Part shown: one piece after another, positions 13,311-26,202 of the stretch | How the letters are laid out: each line of letters begins with the position of its first letter | Position numbering within the stretch: position 1 is the stretch's first letter | Source: Botryllus schlosseri | Taxonomy: Eukaryota | Assembly: GCA_051294905.1 (NCBI GenBank) | Contig: CM119372.1 | Location: 6,946,001-7,010,000 of the forward strand | Reading direction: 5' to 3' | Length of the DNA stretch: 64,000 nucleotides | Made by a program: the position numbers and the translations under genes | Notes under the pieces: model-generated | Told to the model about the DNA's origin: nothing | The model's database searches: none | Seen by the model: only the letters and a program-made list of their open reading frames with translations

Positions 13311-15226
13311 CACTGGCGTAGCAGCCACCTGGCGGTTCTGGCTCTGCGCCAGGGGCGGCAGGCTCGAAGGGGGCGGCAAAATGAGCCTGCACCAGCCGGC
13401 TAAAAGCAGCGTAATTGGTAGTCCTATAGCTGGCGTCCCGCGAGTTAAATTTAATCAAACTGGTCTCAATCGAAAGCTAGTGTTGCGCTGATTCCGAAAA
13501 CACAAATTAATAAGTTAACATGGCAATGGAACCACTCCGAAATCGCCGTCATGGCCGGTTGTTCATGACAATCGCAACACAATGACCAATTGACCATGAT
13601 AATGGAAATTATATCGAGCGATTATTCGGAACTACGCTGATTTTCAGACTAGCATTTAAATTGTATTTCCGGAATCAGGGCACCAATAGCTTTTAGGATC
13701 AGTATTGTTAAATTTAAGCGCTCAGAAGGCCTTGCCAACTATAGGATGACCAAGGCCAATAATGCTGCTTTTAGCTGGCTCAGCAGTAGGCTTGTCTGCG
13801 TATTCAAGTGTGAGAACTAAGTTGCGCATCTGTTCGTAGGTTAGTGATCTATACTCTGGGTTACGATTTGGTACAGCAGACCGAGATAGCTGTGAAGGTA
13901 AACCAGTCCTAGGAATTGCTTAAGATGGTAATAATTGTCAGATTGACAGATTGCGCTTAAATTTATACAAGTGTTAATTAAGACTCGAAAATAAAACGTG
14001 TCAAGAGAGTGGAGCTTTCTTTAGAAAGAAGAAGAAAGCAAGACAAGCAGAAATACAGAGGCAGATTTAAACTTGAAGCTGAAACTAGGTTTACCGGCAT
14101 ACACCACTTAAATGATATGTTTTGATTTTTAATCCCCAGGCGCTGCTGCAAAGCGAAAGTCCCAATTTATTCACCAGCGCTTTTAAAAGCACTCATGACG
14201 ACGAGGTGGACTTTATGGAGTAGGCTGCGGAAATTGACAGATTTAAGACGCTGGTGCGGAGCAGTGAAACCACGTTTGATCGTATAGTGCAACAGCGTTT
14301 GATGTTTTACAGGTGTTAGTTAATGCAAAGCTACTTGAATCGACACCGTATTTATGCTCGTGTCTGTAACTTTATCTGACCATTGGTGTTTCAAATACGA
14401 GCTGTGAGAGGAGCTTCTCAAAGCTCAAACTGATTAGGTCGTATTTACGTTCTGCCATGAATGATGATCGCCTATCAGCTCTATCCAGTCTGTCTATAGA
14501 AAGAGACTACGTTCAAAAACTTGAATTTGAGGATATTATCGCTGATTTTGTTTCGGCGAAAGCCCGAAATGTTATGTTTTAAGGTGGCTATTGATTTTCT
14601 ATTTGCACAATATTATTATTATTATGAATTCAAGGCACTTCAATGACGCTTGTTAGGCCTTGTGCATCACGACATGGAAATTATACAGTTCAGTGTCATT
14701 GTCTTTTTAAGTATCGTTGATATTTGCGTCTTTCTACAAGCGCTTCGCGATCGTTCACTTTCATTTCACTATTCACTCTTCATTTCACTCTCCCATGCAT
14801 TCAACTTCTGGTCTCGGATGCCGACTTTGTGCAACGTGGCTTACTGCGTTTCTGGGTCTTTTCAAGACACTGTTAGTACAGCGGAATCAGCGATGAAGAG
14901 CCCAGATAAACCTCCGACACATAGAAACTAGCTTGAACATGGGTTCGGACTAACCACCATTGGTGCCGCAGCGCAGTTGATTTACACACTGCGCCACTCG
15001 CCTCCCCTATGTGCACAATACATTCGTTCGCTATTTCTTGTCTTGATTATTTGTGGCCTTATTAACGTTGAGACGGTGACGCTGAAACGCGGCGTATTAT
15101 TTGTAATTATTTTTATCGATAAGATTGCTTGAACTGGAATCTATGTCGAAATTTGCTGCGGTCTACTTAGGGGGGCGGCATTTTAATCGAGAGCCAGGGG
15201 CGGCACCGCATGCTGCTACGCCAGTG
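13311..15226 (+). mobile_element. Internally deleted hAT transposon
   Basis: TIR CACTGGCGTAGCAGC ... GCTGCTACGCCAGTG; exact 8-bp TSD TCCTCACA; carries a transposase remnant. Confidence 0.92.
14292..14582 (+). pseudogene. hAT transposase C-terminal dimerisation domain remnant
   Basis: TAFDVLQVLV...L*LYLTIGVSNTSCERSFSKLKLIRSYLRSAMNDDRLSALSSLSIERDYVQKLEFEDIIADFVSAKAR; one in-frame stop. Confidence 0.88.
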
Positions 15227-15964
15227 TCCTCACATACAAAAAAATTCGACGTGCGCGAGCTATGGGGTCTCTCACAAATGTTTTTTTGTTTTGGGGGGTG
15301 TATAGTAAATTTATATCGACATATACATTTTTCTTTGTAACCTTCAACACGAACAGCCTCGAATTTTTCATTGTTATGGAGATTGGCATTGGGACGCAAC
15401 AATGCTTTTTGGACCTTTTTCTCTTGAGTTAATCTCTCGTTTCGCCAGACAGCATTGTTGCGTCCCAATGCCAATCTCAATAACAATGAAAAATTCGAGG
15501 CTGATTGTGGGAGCTCCAGGGCCACGAGCGGAATAAAATTTATATTTTCGTAATCAGTGCAGAGTCAGCTTTCGATTGATACCCGTTTTACCAAATTTAA
15601 TGCTCGGCAAGCCGGTCAAAAATGACCGTCAAATTGCCTCTGTAGCCAAAAGGAAATTGTGACGTGATACAACTTCACTGAGCCGTGAGATTTGCTTGCG
15701 TCGACACCATATAGGACACTATGGTCCAACGGTCGGATCGAAACAGAACCGCACCTCGCAGATACATCGAGGAGTACTGATGTAGTTATAGGAGTAGTGT
15801 GTGTAAATATGTTGTGTTCTTCATTCACCTCTTGCCTGCCTATTGCTTCATACTTTTGTACCGCTAACTGCCTCAATTCGGATTGTTTATTGTCTTCATT
15901 CTGTGCTTGCGTTGTATATGTTTGTGCTGCTTATAAGCTTTTGTGCTTGTCCCGAGAAGGGAGA

Positions 15965-16099
15965 TGTAGTGGTAGCTCTATGGCGCCACTAGGGTGTGAC
16001 GACATCGCAGGGGCTTCGGTGCTGGGTCGTCACTGAATACATGGCTGCTTGAGAACTCACGTCTCGTATATTAGATAGACCGTCATTCACGTTACTACA
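15965..16099 (+). mobile_element. Duplicated 3' LTR (135 bp) with PPT of the Leu-primed gypsy element
   Basis: AGAAGGGAGA then TGTAGTGG...TTACTACA; inverted copy of 35478-35612. Confidence 0.9.
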
Positions 16100-16888
16100 C
16101 TGGTCTTCGTCCAGGGCTGTGGGCTGTGTATCGTGACATTGAGCCTTGGTGTTTTGACAGCTTCGCTGGCAGGTGCCTGAAAACCCGCGCTTTCTCGGCC
16201 CCAGTCAGCCAACGAGAGTTTGTATTTCGCTGCGTTTTTCTCATTATGTTGATTGGAAATACCTCCAAACACGGCGATCTGCTCACCACAAACTGAAATG
16301 ACAGGTTTACCTTTGAGTTGAGCAAACAAATATGTAGTGCTCCGAATATTCCCTAAATGCCTGCCTTGAGCCTCCACCTTTGTTCATCTTTTATGGGTGA
16401 CCGCTAGTCACGTGGACTGATTGACATGTTTTACGGATTATGGATTGACATGTAGGCCTACGACAAGTACGACATGGAAATAAAATGAAAGCACCAACCG
16501 GGTAATTTGCAATTTGACATAATGGCGACAAACAAGTTCTGAACAACCTGGAATCCGATACTTTTGACTTTAAATGTTGCAGCATTCTTTGCTATATTTG
16601 CACCATTTTGAATCCGTGCAATTAGACTTATATTTAGGCTTACCATATTTTGGAAATAAAATTTGAGACTTGCAAAACTGGTGAATTTTTCCCACTTTGT
16701 GATCGGTTGACTAAAAAAAAAGGGTCATCTTTTCGCTCAGAGCTAAAATCACCGTTTTTCACTCCGAAATACCCGCCGGAGCGTCACTTCTGTGCTATAT
16801 TACGGCATATCATTCGCAATTTGCTATAAATCTGACCTAAATCTTCAGAAAAGAGGACAAATCCTCTTAAAAGAGGACGTATGGTAAC

Positions 16889-19800
16889 CAGAGTTGGATC
16901 AATTGTAATTTGTAATTGTAATTGTAATTGAAGCATTTCTATTTTGTGTAATTGTAATTGTAATTTGATCAAAATTTTGCTCAATTACAATCTCAATTAC
17001 ATTTTCATGGAAACCTGACAATCACAAGATAAAATAATCAATTAATCAATCATTTTTTCGTCGCACCGGTGAATATCCGGTACGAACCAGGATGACGACG
17101 AGGGGCCATAAGGCCTTAGTAAACCAGTGTTGGGATCAAGTCACTACCTTCGAGTCACGAGTCAATTCGAGTCATTGCACATTTTGACTCGAGTCAAGTC
17201 AAGTCAGTCGATTTTCGAAGGTGACTCGAGTCAAGTCAAGTCAGTCGATTTTCGGGGGTGACTCGAGTCCAGTCGAGTCAAGTCAAGTCAAGTCACAATT
17301 CAAGTCAAATTGCCTTTTCGAGGTATGAGGCGTGATTACGTCATTGTATTTTGCTAGCTGCCTGAAATACAGATTGAGTGGTCATTGATTTTGAACCGAT
17401 GAACGAATATATAGTTAAACATACACGCAAGTAAGGCGCTGTATCGCTCACGTTTAAGTAGAACTAATAAACTAATTAAGTAATTGCACAGCCTCAGTTT
17501 ATAGTTACCAGCCAAAATAGAGAATAGAGAAACGAATTGATAAGATGCAATACATTACCCTGTTGCAAATTGATATGATACAATGTCAGCCTGCGCCAAT
17601 GGTTGAGGACTATATAAACTATTTGCGAATTCAATTTCAATAAAACAAGAGGTTTGGTTAAGTTAAGAACACAGAACAGAAATAGACATTTTGCTATTAA
17701 ATTACTTTACTATACTATAGTTTACGACAGGGGTCGGCAACCTTTTGCTAGTCACGGGTCAAATTTCGAGTGCGCAACATTTTGGCGGGCCGGAATTTTT
17801 CTTAATACTATATTTATCGCTCACGTCGGTATATTACCCTACAATGCTGCAATCTCAATCATAAAAATCACAAAAAGAGCAAAACACATGTATTTACACT
17901 TCAACAACGCAAGATAAATGTGACACTTGGCGCAGCCCGCTTTGTGAAAGGTTTTCAACTTCTGGTAACAAGTCAGATGAAGCAAGAATCAGACCATATT
18001 CTAAATGGGCGTTGGAATACGTGATCTTAGCTTGCTCTTCGTGAAATTCTTTGTTGAAAACAAAAGTCGATGCCATTTCTTTTGCATTGTTGGTCAAGCT
18101 GGGATGAAGACCCATTTCAAGAACGTACTCTTTGTCAAAGTCATTCAGCGATATGCTCTTTGTATGAAATTTGTCATTCAATTCAACTGCATCGCATTTC
18201 AAATGGGCCCATTTGAAATTTTCTGGCAATGGTTTTGGCGTCCACATAAAACGGAGTAGCCTACTGAGTAGTCAGAATTTATTTTGTACAGAACGAATGT
18301 CGGAAAAGCGGGTGGAAATTCAGTAATTAAATTTCGTATATCACAGTTACAAATGTATAGTGCTGGTATACTAGGCTTACTCTCCTCCAGTATAGGAAAG
18401 TGAGCAAAATTTTCTTTGCACTGTTGACATTCCCAGAGTCGCAGTTTTGTTTCGAATGCGTCTCAACATCTCATGTAGCCTATTAATTGTTGCTCCCTGA
18501 AGTTGCAAATTCAATTTGTTTAGATGTGACCTTAAATGTACTACGAAAGCTAGATTAGATACCAATTTTCGATGACAAGATTATGAGTCGGCTATGTTCG
18601 TATTTTCAAGGAAAGTTACTATTTCATTTCTCAGTTCATATACACTCGTGCAAGCATAGCTTCTCGACTTAATGCGCGAACATGGCAGATATGCAAGACA
18701 TCGCCACATTGACGCTCTGCTTCTAGTAATATCTGAGGTAGGCTAACTGTCGGTGATTCAGTTTGTGAGACAAAATCAGCTTTCACCATTGTATCCAAAA
18801 CACTAATCAGGTTTGTTGTCTTGGCGTAAAATGTCTTCTGGCGAATTAAACTACAAATGACTAACCTACGGATGCTAGTTATCTATAATGAAACAGGGAA
18901 AGTTTGAGATTTTGTCATTGCGTCTGAGCAGAGGAACGGCACCTTTATTGTCGCACCCTATCTGAGTGGTAAACCCTTAAAAAAGTATGGTATAGGCTAC
19001 CCTCGGTTGCGCGATACACCCGCTAGTTATGCACTGGTCTGGTCTACTCCACAGACATTCTCCATCTCCTACTTTTAGTACAAGATAGGCTACTAGTCGA
19101 CCGCCTTCGCCCCAGTTTTATGGCGTAACAATATACTAATACGACGAAGGATATACTTTATATCGCAGCAATGCCGCATTCTTTCCAAGCAGTGCTGCAC
19201 TGCAGATTGGAACTCATTACGAAACGGCGGCCGTATTCTCGTGGTAACTAGTTATTTCGTCGCGGGCCGGACGATTTCGCTTGGCGGGCCGGATCCGGCC
19301 CGCGGGCCGTAGGTTACCGACCCTTGGTTTACGACAACGTATACTGTCAACTTCGATCACTTCGTTTGCGATCAATATATTTGTGAGAGAACATTGGAGG
19401 CCCAGTAAAACGCACGATCACTAAATGATTGGTCGCTCTCACGCGGGTTATTACACAAGCGTTGCGCGAACAATCCGAACATATATGTATAAGATGCAGT
19501 AGTGATTTTTATCGCCACCGATTACTTGATGACTTGAAATTGACTCGTGAATTTTGCAAATAAACTCTTCTGAAATCTGTGCTGAACCATTTCCTACATT
19601 ACGGTCAAAGTTTTTTTTCAAATCTCTGACCAGTACCATGGCTTGTTGGAACAATAGCAAAAAAAAATTCAAGTTTCCAACCAAGGCTTCATCAAACTTG
19701 ATCACGCATTTGTAGAGATGTTATCCCAATCTTGGCCAAATATACTGGGGCAAGAAACTTTTCGCCCCCTAATGTTCATCAAATGCAACCCAACAGTTTC

Positions 19801-20400
19801 CGAGCAAGTGAAAATGTAAATGCGAACCATAGTATTGTAATTCTTAGTTATCAGGAGGTTCTTTCCTTTTGCATTTATTTTAATTGTACGCACCATATCG
19901 GTATCATCCTTATCGCTGACGCCTTACCAATTACATTTCATTATCCTGACTCGGCTCTGAGTAGCCTTATCGTTTGATTACATTTCATTGACTGGTCTGT
20001 AGCCTATTCGCTGTTATTCGCTCAAACCTTTGGTTCTTAACAGTCGCTTGAAACATTTTTCTGTGCTTGTAGTTTTCAGTACTCATGATTAGGAATAGTT
20101 CGAATACGTTCGAGTTTGTTTTTTTTAATTAAAGGGTATTCTACATATCAGGAATGAAACATGAATAGCTTGAGATTGTTGCTAATTACGTCGCTACGGT
20201 TGTCAAAGAACACATCTTTACTGAATCAATTACCTGTTTAAAAGTAATTGTAATTAATTACATGTTTAACAGTAATTGTAATTATAATTTGATATTTTTA
20301 GCATTTAGTAATTGTAATTGTAATGTAATTGAAACATACAAGGAAGTAATTGTATTTGTAATTGTAATTGAATTAAAATATTGTAATTGATCCAACTCTG
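16889..20400. mobile_element. Non-autonomous hAT element with (AATTGT)n subterminal arrays, carrying nested inserts
   Basis: TIR CAGAGTTGGATCAATT ... AATTGATCCAACTCTG; exact 8-bp TSD ATGGTAAC; mirrored at 24870-28641. Confidence 0.88.
17728..19326 (-). mobile_element. Charlie/Buster-type hAT with decayed transposase (copy 1)
   Basis: TIR CAGGGGTCGGCAACC / GGTTACCGACCCTTG, TSD GTTTACGA; remnants LAFVVHLRSHLNKLNLQLQG and ...LSQSGLRQVSH typical of Buster/SPIN/GTF2IRD2-like transposases. Confidence 0.88.
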
Positions 20401-20644
20401 ATGGTAACCCTACTATAGTATATATAGGCTACGTAATCACTGTAAACCAGGAGTGTCAAAAATACGGTCCGCCAGACTATCTCATCCGGCCTGCGATGCA
20501 ATTCTGAGCAAATTGAAAAATTATGTAGCCTATGATCCAGCACATTTCTAACAAATGTTGAAATTTTTAGTAGAAAGTAATTCGATTAGATAATCTCTCA
20601 AGACAGCAATTGTCGAGCGTGTTCAACTGTTCATAGGCCACGTT

Positions 20645-23600
20645 AGTAGTAGGATGAGCTGGCTTTGGCGCAGCCCAATCAAATGTCGCCACGTCGCCTT
20701 AATTGCCACGCCTACAGGACGCCCATTGCCACGTCACCTACCGCACCTATAGCACACCCATTGCCACATCATCCCCCATTGCCGCACCTATATGACGCCC
20801 ATTGCCACATCGTGTGTATTTATGAGCAAATTTCATTGTTTTGTGAATTTCAATACCGATTTTCCATGTGTATTTAGCAATATGTATTGAATAACTTGAA
20901 ATGTATCATCACTAATTAATTAATATGAAAAGCGATTTTGAGCGCTGCGACTTGAAAATATTAATCCCTACGCTTCTGATGAATGATTTTCTGTGATAAG
21001 GACCTTGGTAACATTCAGATTCTGCAACGATTGTTTGGATATACATTTTAGCAATACCCCACTAAACTATAAGCGGTTATATTACTCTATTGGTCGGAGA
21101 TAACTCATCCGTCAATATTTTTAAACTTGATTTTATGTGTACAAGTTTCGGTTTCTGCGGTCTCCACATTTACGACATATTTTGATTAGACGCAGGTTAG
21201 CGATTCTCAAGTTCGGAGCTATGGAAACAAATCAGTCGCATGTGCACGTTCCGAAGTCGCAACAGCTTACTGAGCTTAGTAGCATATACGCGAATCCCAA
21301 GGCGAAAATAATCGAACGAACTATAGCCGCAGGCGCGCGAAGGGCTGTAATTATACAAACACTTTATCCGCATATACGCGAACCCCAGCGTTATAACGAC
21401 AGGGACTAATTATCGCGTTCTGAAGCCGTAAATTTAGTCAACTTCAATGAGATAGCCATGATTTAAAGATGGTAATATCTCTTAATGACTTAAATACTCT
21501 GAATTTTAAATTATCCACACCTATGAGTTAATACTTCTTTACTTAACAACTCCAAAGGTTAGCACAGTTTGTGGTATTTCGATTACCTGCTAATAAAATG
21601 TTGAAATGTAATGTACTTTTTTTCAGGGGTCTCGATGAATTGTACCAGTTTCATCTATTTCCTACAATGCATTTCGCTGTCCTGAATGACTTATCATCAC
21701 CGTGAAAAAATAGTAAAAATATACCGAAAATTTGGGAAGTCCTACTATGCGATATTTGAGTTTTTCAATTTACATTTCGAAATTAGCCCAGTTGGATATC
21801 AACGAAAACCACGTAAAATTTCACTCCAAACGTTATGGCTTTAACTCGAGCAAATACGTATTCCGAATTTTATGAGTGAAATAACCTTCCTTATGTCAAA
21901 TCTACATAGGGCAGAATAAATCGAAAAAACAATAAATGCGGAGGCCCAGGCTTCGAGATATAGCTCGGCGTCACACCGCGGTCCAATAACGAGAGTGGAA
22001 TAATATAGAAATCATACCGAACCATTGTAAAAGTGACGTTTCTTAGTTTATGCATATAAAATTTCACATTGTAAAAGTTAATATTCAAGGTCCATTTTTG
22101 TTTAATACTGAAACTGTCTTGAATTTGAAACAGGCCTATATCATAAACACTTGAGTAGTTGGTGCATGTAGGCAAAAAAACCACTTGAGTACTTTGAAAA
22201 AATACATGTACTTCTCTGCTCAACATCTCTGAACGATAGAAGTGGAGAAATAGTCTACAAACATAACCAGTTACTCACTTACTTACTTACTTTGAAATCT
22301 GTACTTTTACTTGTATTCGAGCGGAATTGCGCGATGTTGAGTACCATCTGACAGCGTTTATCACACTGCTGGAAAATTAAGGTTCAGTACTCGAGTATCA
22401 AATTAGATTTACTTGAGTGAACGTGAGGAGTTATAATAAGTGATTCTACTAAAGTTTCTATGTGGCGCGGTGCTGGTAAAACCACCAGCTTGATTATTTC
22501 GGAATATAGAATAGAAGACCAGCTTCTATCATCAAGCACCATAAGACCCATCATTCATACATACATACTTACATTATCTGCTTGGGGCTGTCTATCCTTA
22601 TTAAGGTACTTGGTAAGAACGTGGTAAAGCCATTGAACAGCAATTTTACACTCGCGGTTTTATTGTTATATATTCAAATTATACGTACATTTCGCGCGAT
22701 CAACTACGCATGAGTTTATGTGAATTTCATCGATAGTGTCCGAGTTCTATGTGACATAAGTACAATTTCAGCATCGGTATTTGCAATAAAGCCTAAAAAT
22801 TAGAGTTGCACCTTTTCGCGATTTATGCAGCTATTCGCGCAGATTTGCCGCATTTGCTATATCTGAAGTAGAATTTCAGCGTCGTTATTCACTATAAGCC
22901 GAGAAATGCACCTTCGCGCAATTTATATAGACAGACGCATTAACTTTGCTGCATCTGAAGTAGAATTTCAGCGTCGTTATTTGTTATAAGCCGAGAAATG
23001 TAAATTCCCGCAATTTTTACAGGCTCACACACTTTGCTGCGTCTGAAGTAGAATTTCAGCGTCGTTGTTTGCTATAAGCCGGGAAATTAGAGTCGCTGCT
23101 TCGCGCAATTTTTACAGGCAGTCTCACACACTTTGCTGCATCTGAGCTTCATACTAATACATGCATAATTTTTGCATGACGAGAACACGGGTAATTAAAT
23201 CATCAATAAACGCCGGAGGCGAGTCATTTAAACCTTGTTGCTAGATAATACCGCTTTCGGCTACAACAAAGTTGCCCTGCAACAAAAAAAAAAATAGAAG
23301 CCCTAATGATCATGCAGAGAGTTCAAAAATGCTCCACAATTCTTGACATATAATATACTGAGCATATAATAAGCTGACAAAACCTATACTTGAGTACTCC
23401 GAAATGTACAAGTACCTCACCTTCACACGACGTTTTTGTAAAATGAATACTAATTTTAATGAAAAAGTAAAAATTATGTACTCAAGTAGGTTGTTGTCTA
23501 CACGCACCAACTACTCAAGTGTTTATGACACAGGAATGATTCATTAAGTATAGCGCAAGCAGGTAAAACCTATACTTGAGTACTCCAAAATGTACAAGTA

Positions 23601-24625
23601 CTTCGCTATGTACTCCACGTAAAAAGTCACTAGATTTTAGACTACTTTATCGATTTTTGAAGTTGCGCAAATACCATAAACTTTGCTTGCTTTCAGAGCT
23701 GGCAACTAAATGCAACACAGACTTTACGCAAAAGTCTCTATTCTGAAAATTTTATCAAGGTAATAGTATAAAAACTTATACTTGAGCACTACGAAATGTA
23801 CAAGTACTTTACCTTTACACGACGTTTTTTGTAAAATGAATACTAATTTTATTGAAAAAATAAAAAAATAAAAAAAGAGCGAAAAATTACGTTTTATCCC
23901 GGAACGCAACAAGAAAAATCGTATGAATTTGTAAACTACTTATTCATGACATAATAATAATTCTACTTGTATACTATTTCATATTTTGTAACAATTTTAG
24001 TAGTACTTAAATAAAATTCGGAATATAAACTAATCGAAAAATTCGGTAACCAATTTCGCATAGGCTATGCATACAAATGAGGAAAGTTACATCAACGCGT
24101 GTAAACTAATTGTATTATGTAGCTTGTAATTCATGCAAGTTTCGAAACTTCTACACTGAGTCTTTTAAAGTAGATAGAATCGAAAAAACTAATCGAAAAT
24201 ATTTACGAAGTTTGGATGCGACATATTCGGGCTTTTAAAAATTATTCATACTCATGATTCGCAATACTTTTAACTAACTTATGTTTTCTACATAAGATAA
24301 GCGTGAAGTGTACAAATTTCGATGTTGCTCAAAATCGCTTTTCATATTAATTAATTAGTGATGATACATTTCAAGTTATTCAATACATATTGCTAAATAC
24401 ACATGGAAAATCGGTATTGAAATTCACAAAACAATGAAATTTGCTCATAAATACACACGATGTGGCAATGGGCGTCATATAGGTGCGGCAATGGGGGATG
24501 ATGTGGCAATGGGTGTGCTATAGGTGCGGTAGGTGACGTGGCAATGGGCGTCCTGTAGGCGTGGCAATTAAGGCGACGTGGCGACATTTGATTGGGCTGC
24601 GCCAAAGCCAGCTCATCCTACTACT
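20645..24625. mobile_element. Non-coding Polinton/Maverick-like element (3981 bp) with ~299-bp TIRs
   Basis: Begins AGTAGTAGG, ends CCTACTACT; TIRs 20645-20943 and 24327-24625 contain repeated CCCATTGCCAC units; no recognisable ORF inside; no direct TSD because the flanks are inverted copies. Confidence 0.6.
22755..23146. repeat. ~90-bp tandem repeat, about 4 copies
   Basis: CTGAAGTAGAATTTCAGCGTCGTT..TATAAGCCG recurs at ~22863, ~22955 and ~23043, with a diverged first copy at ~22757. Confidence 0.8.
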
Positions 24626-25009
24626 AACGTGGCCTATGAACAGTTGAACACGCTCGACAATTGCTGTCTTGAGAGATTATCTAATCGAATTACTTTCTAC
24701 TAAAAATTTCAACATTTGTTAGAAATGTGCTGGATCATAGGCTACATAATTTTTCAATTTGCTCAGAATTGCATCGCAGGCCGGATGAGATAGTCTGGCG
24801 GACCGTATGTTTGACACTCCTGGTTTACAGTGATTACGTAGCCTATATATACTATAGTAGGGTTACCATCAGAGTTGGATCAATTACAATATTTTAATTC
24901 AATTACAATTACAAATACAATTACTTCCTTGTATGTTTCAATTACATTACAATTACAATTACTAAATGCTAAAAATATCAAATTATAATTACAATTACTG
25001 TTAAACATG

Positions 25010-25264
25010 TGTAGCGTACCGCTCCATGAATAACCTATAATTAACCTCGCTGATTACTGATTATGTTACTGCTGCGTCTCTTGTGTTGTACTCTTTTATG
25101 GAGTCGCTTTTAGTCACCGTCCGAGCGAATCGTCTTTTAGTATCCGTCGGATGAGCATCGTCATGTTTTAGTTGTTTTATTAAAAGAGCAATGCTGACTT
25201 GTCTACTTTGACTTATCGAGCCGCGGACCAAGAAGAACGCGCGCCCACGACAGAGCACGCTATA
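25010..25264 (+). mobile_element. Solo LTR (255 bp), CsRN1-like gypsy
   Basis: TGTAGCG...CGCTATA flanked by 4-bp TSD CATG; the empty site is visible in the left arm at ~20261; differs from 31057-31311 at 2 positions. Confidence 0.92.
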
Positions 25265-26202
25265 CATGTAATTAATTACAATTACTTTTAAACAGGTAAT
25301 TGATTCAGTAAAGATGTGTTATTTGACAACCGTAGCGACGTAATTAGCAACAATCTCAAGCTATTCATGTTGCATTCCTGATATGTAGAATACCCTTTAA
25401 TTAAAAAAAACAAACTCGAACGTATTCGAACTATTCCTAATCATGAGTACTGAAAACTACAAGCACAGAAAAATGTTTCAAGCGACTGTTAAGAACCAAA
25501 GGTTTGAGCGAATAACAGCGAATAGGCTACAGACCAGTCAATGAAATGTAATCAAACGATAAGGCTACTCAGAGCCGAGTCAGGATAATGAAATGTAATT
25601 GGTAAGGCGTCAGCGATAAGGATGATACCGATATGGTGCGTACAATTAAAATAAATGCAAAAGGAAAGAACCTCCTGATAACTAAGAATTACAATACTAT
25701 GGTTCGCATTTACATTTTCACTTGCTCGGAAACTGTTGGGTTGCATTTGATGAACATTAGGGGGCGAAAAGTTTCTGGCCCCAGTAAATTTGGCCAAGAT
25801 TGGGATAACATCTCTACAAATGCGTGATCAAGTTTGATGAAGCCTTGGTTGGAAACTTGAATTTTTTTTTGCTATTGTTCCAACAAGCCATGGTACTGGT
25901 CAGAGATTTGAAAAAAAACTTTGACCGTAATGTAGGAAATGGTTCAGCACAGATTTCAGAAGAGTTTATTTGCAAAATTCACGAGTCAATTTCAAGTCAT
26001 CAAGTAATCGGTGGCGATAAAAATCACTACTGCATCTTATACATATATGTTCGGATTGTTCGCGCAACGCTTGTGTAATAACCCGCGTGAGAGCGACCAA
26101 TCATTTAGTGATCGTGCGTTTTACTGGGCCTCCAATGTTCTCTCACAAATATATTGATCGCAAACGAAGTGATCGAAGTTGACAGCATACGTTGTCGTAA
26201 AC

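Larger units (their letters stand above)
15354..20943 (-). repeat. Left arm (5590 bp) of a large inverted duplication
   Basis: Reverse complement of 24327-25009 joined to 31316-36223; mirrored ORFs in the track; roughly a dozen differences by eye. Confidence 0.95.

Noticed and set aside
21137..21409. 90-aa ORF in the mini-Polinton
   Set aside because: It has a non-ATG start, no motif, and a length compatible with chance.
22755..23146. Repeat-spacer-like array inside the mini-Polinton
   Set aside because: The apparent spacers are homologous to each other, so it is an ordinary tandem repeat.
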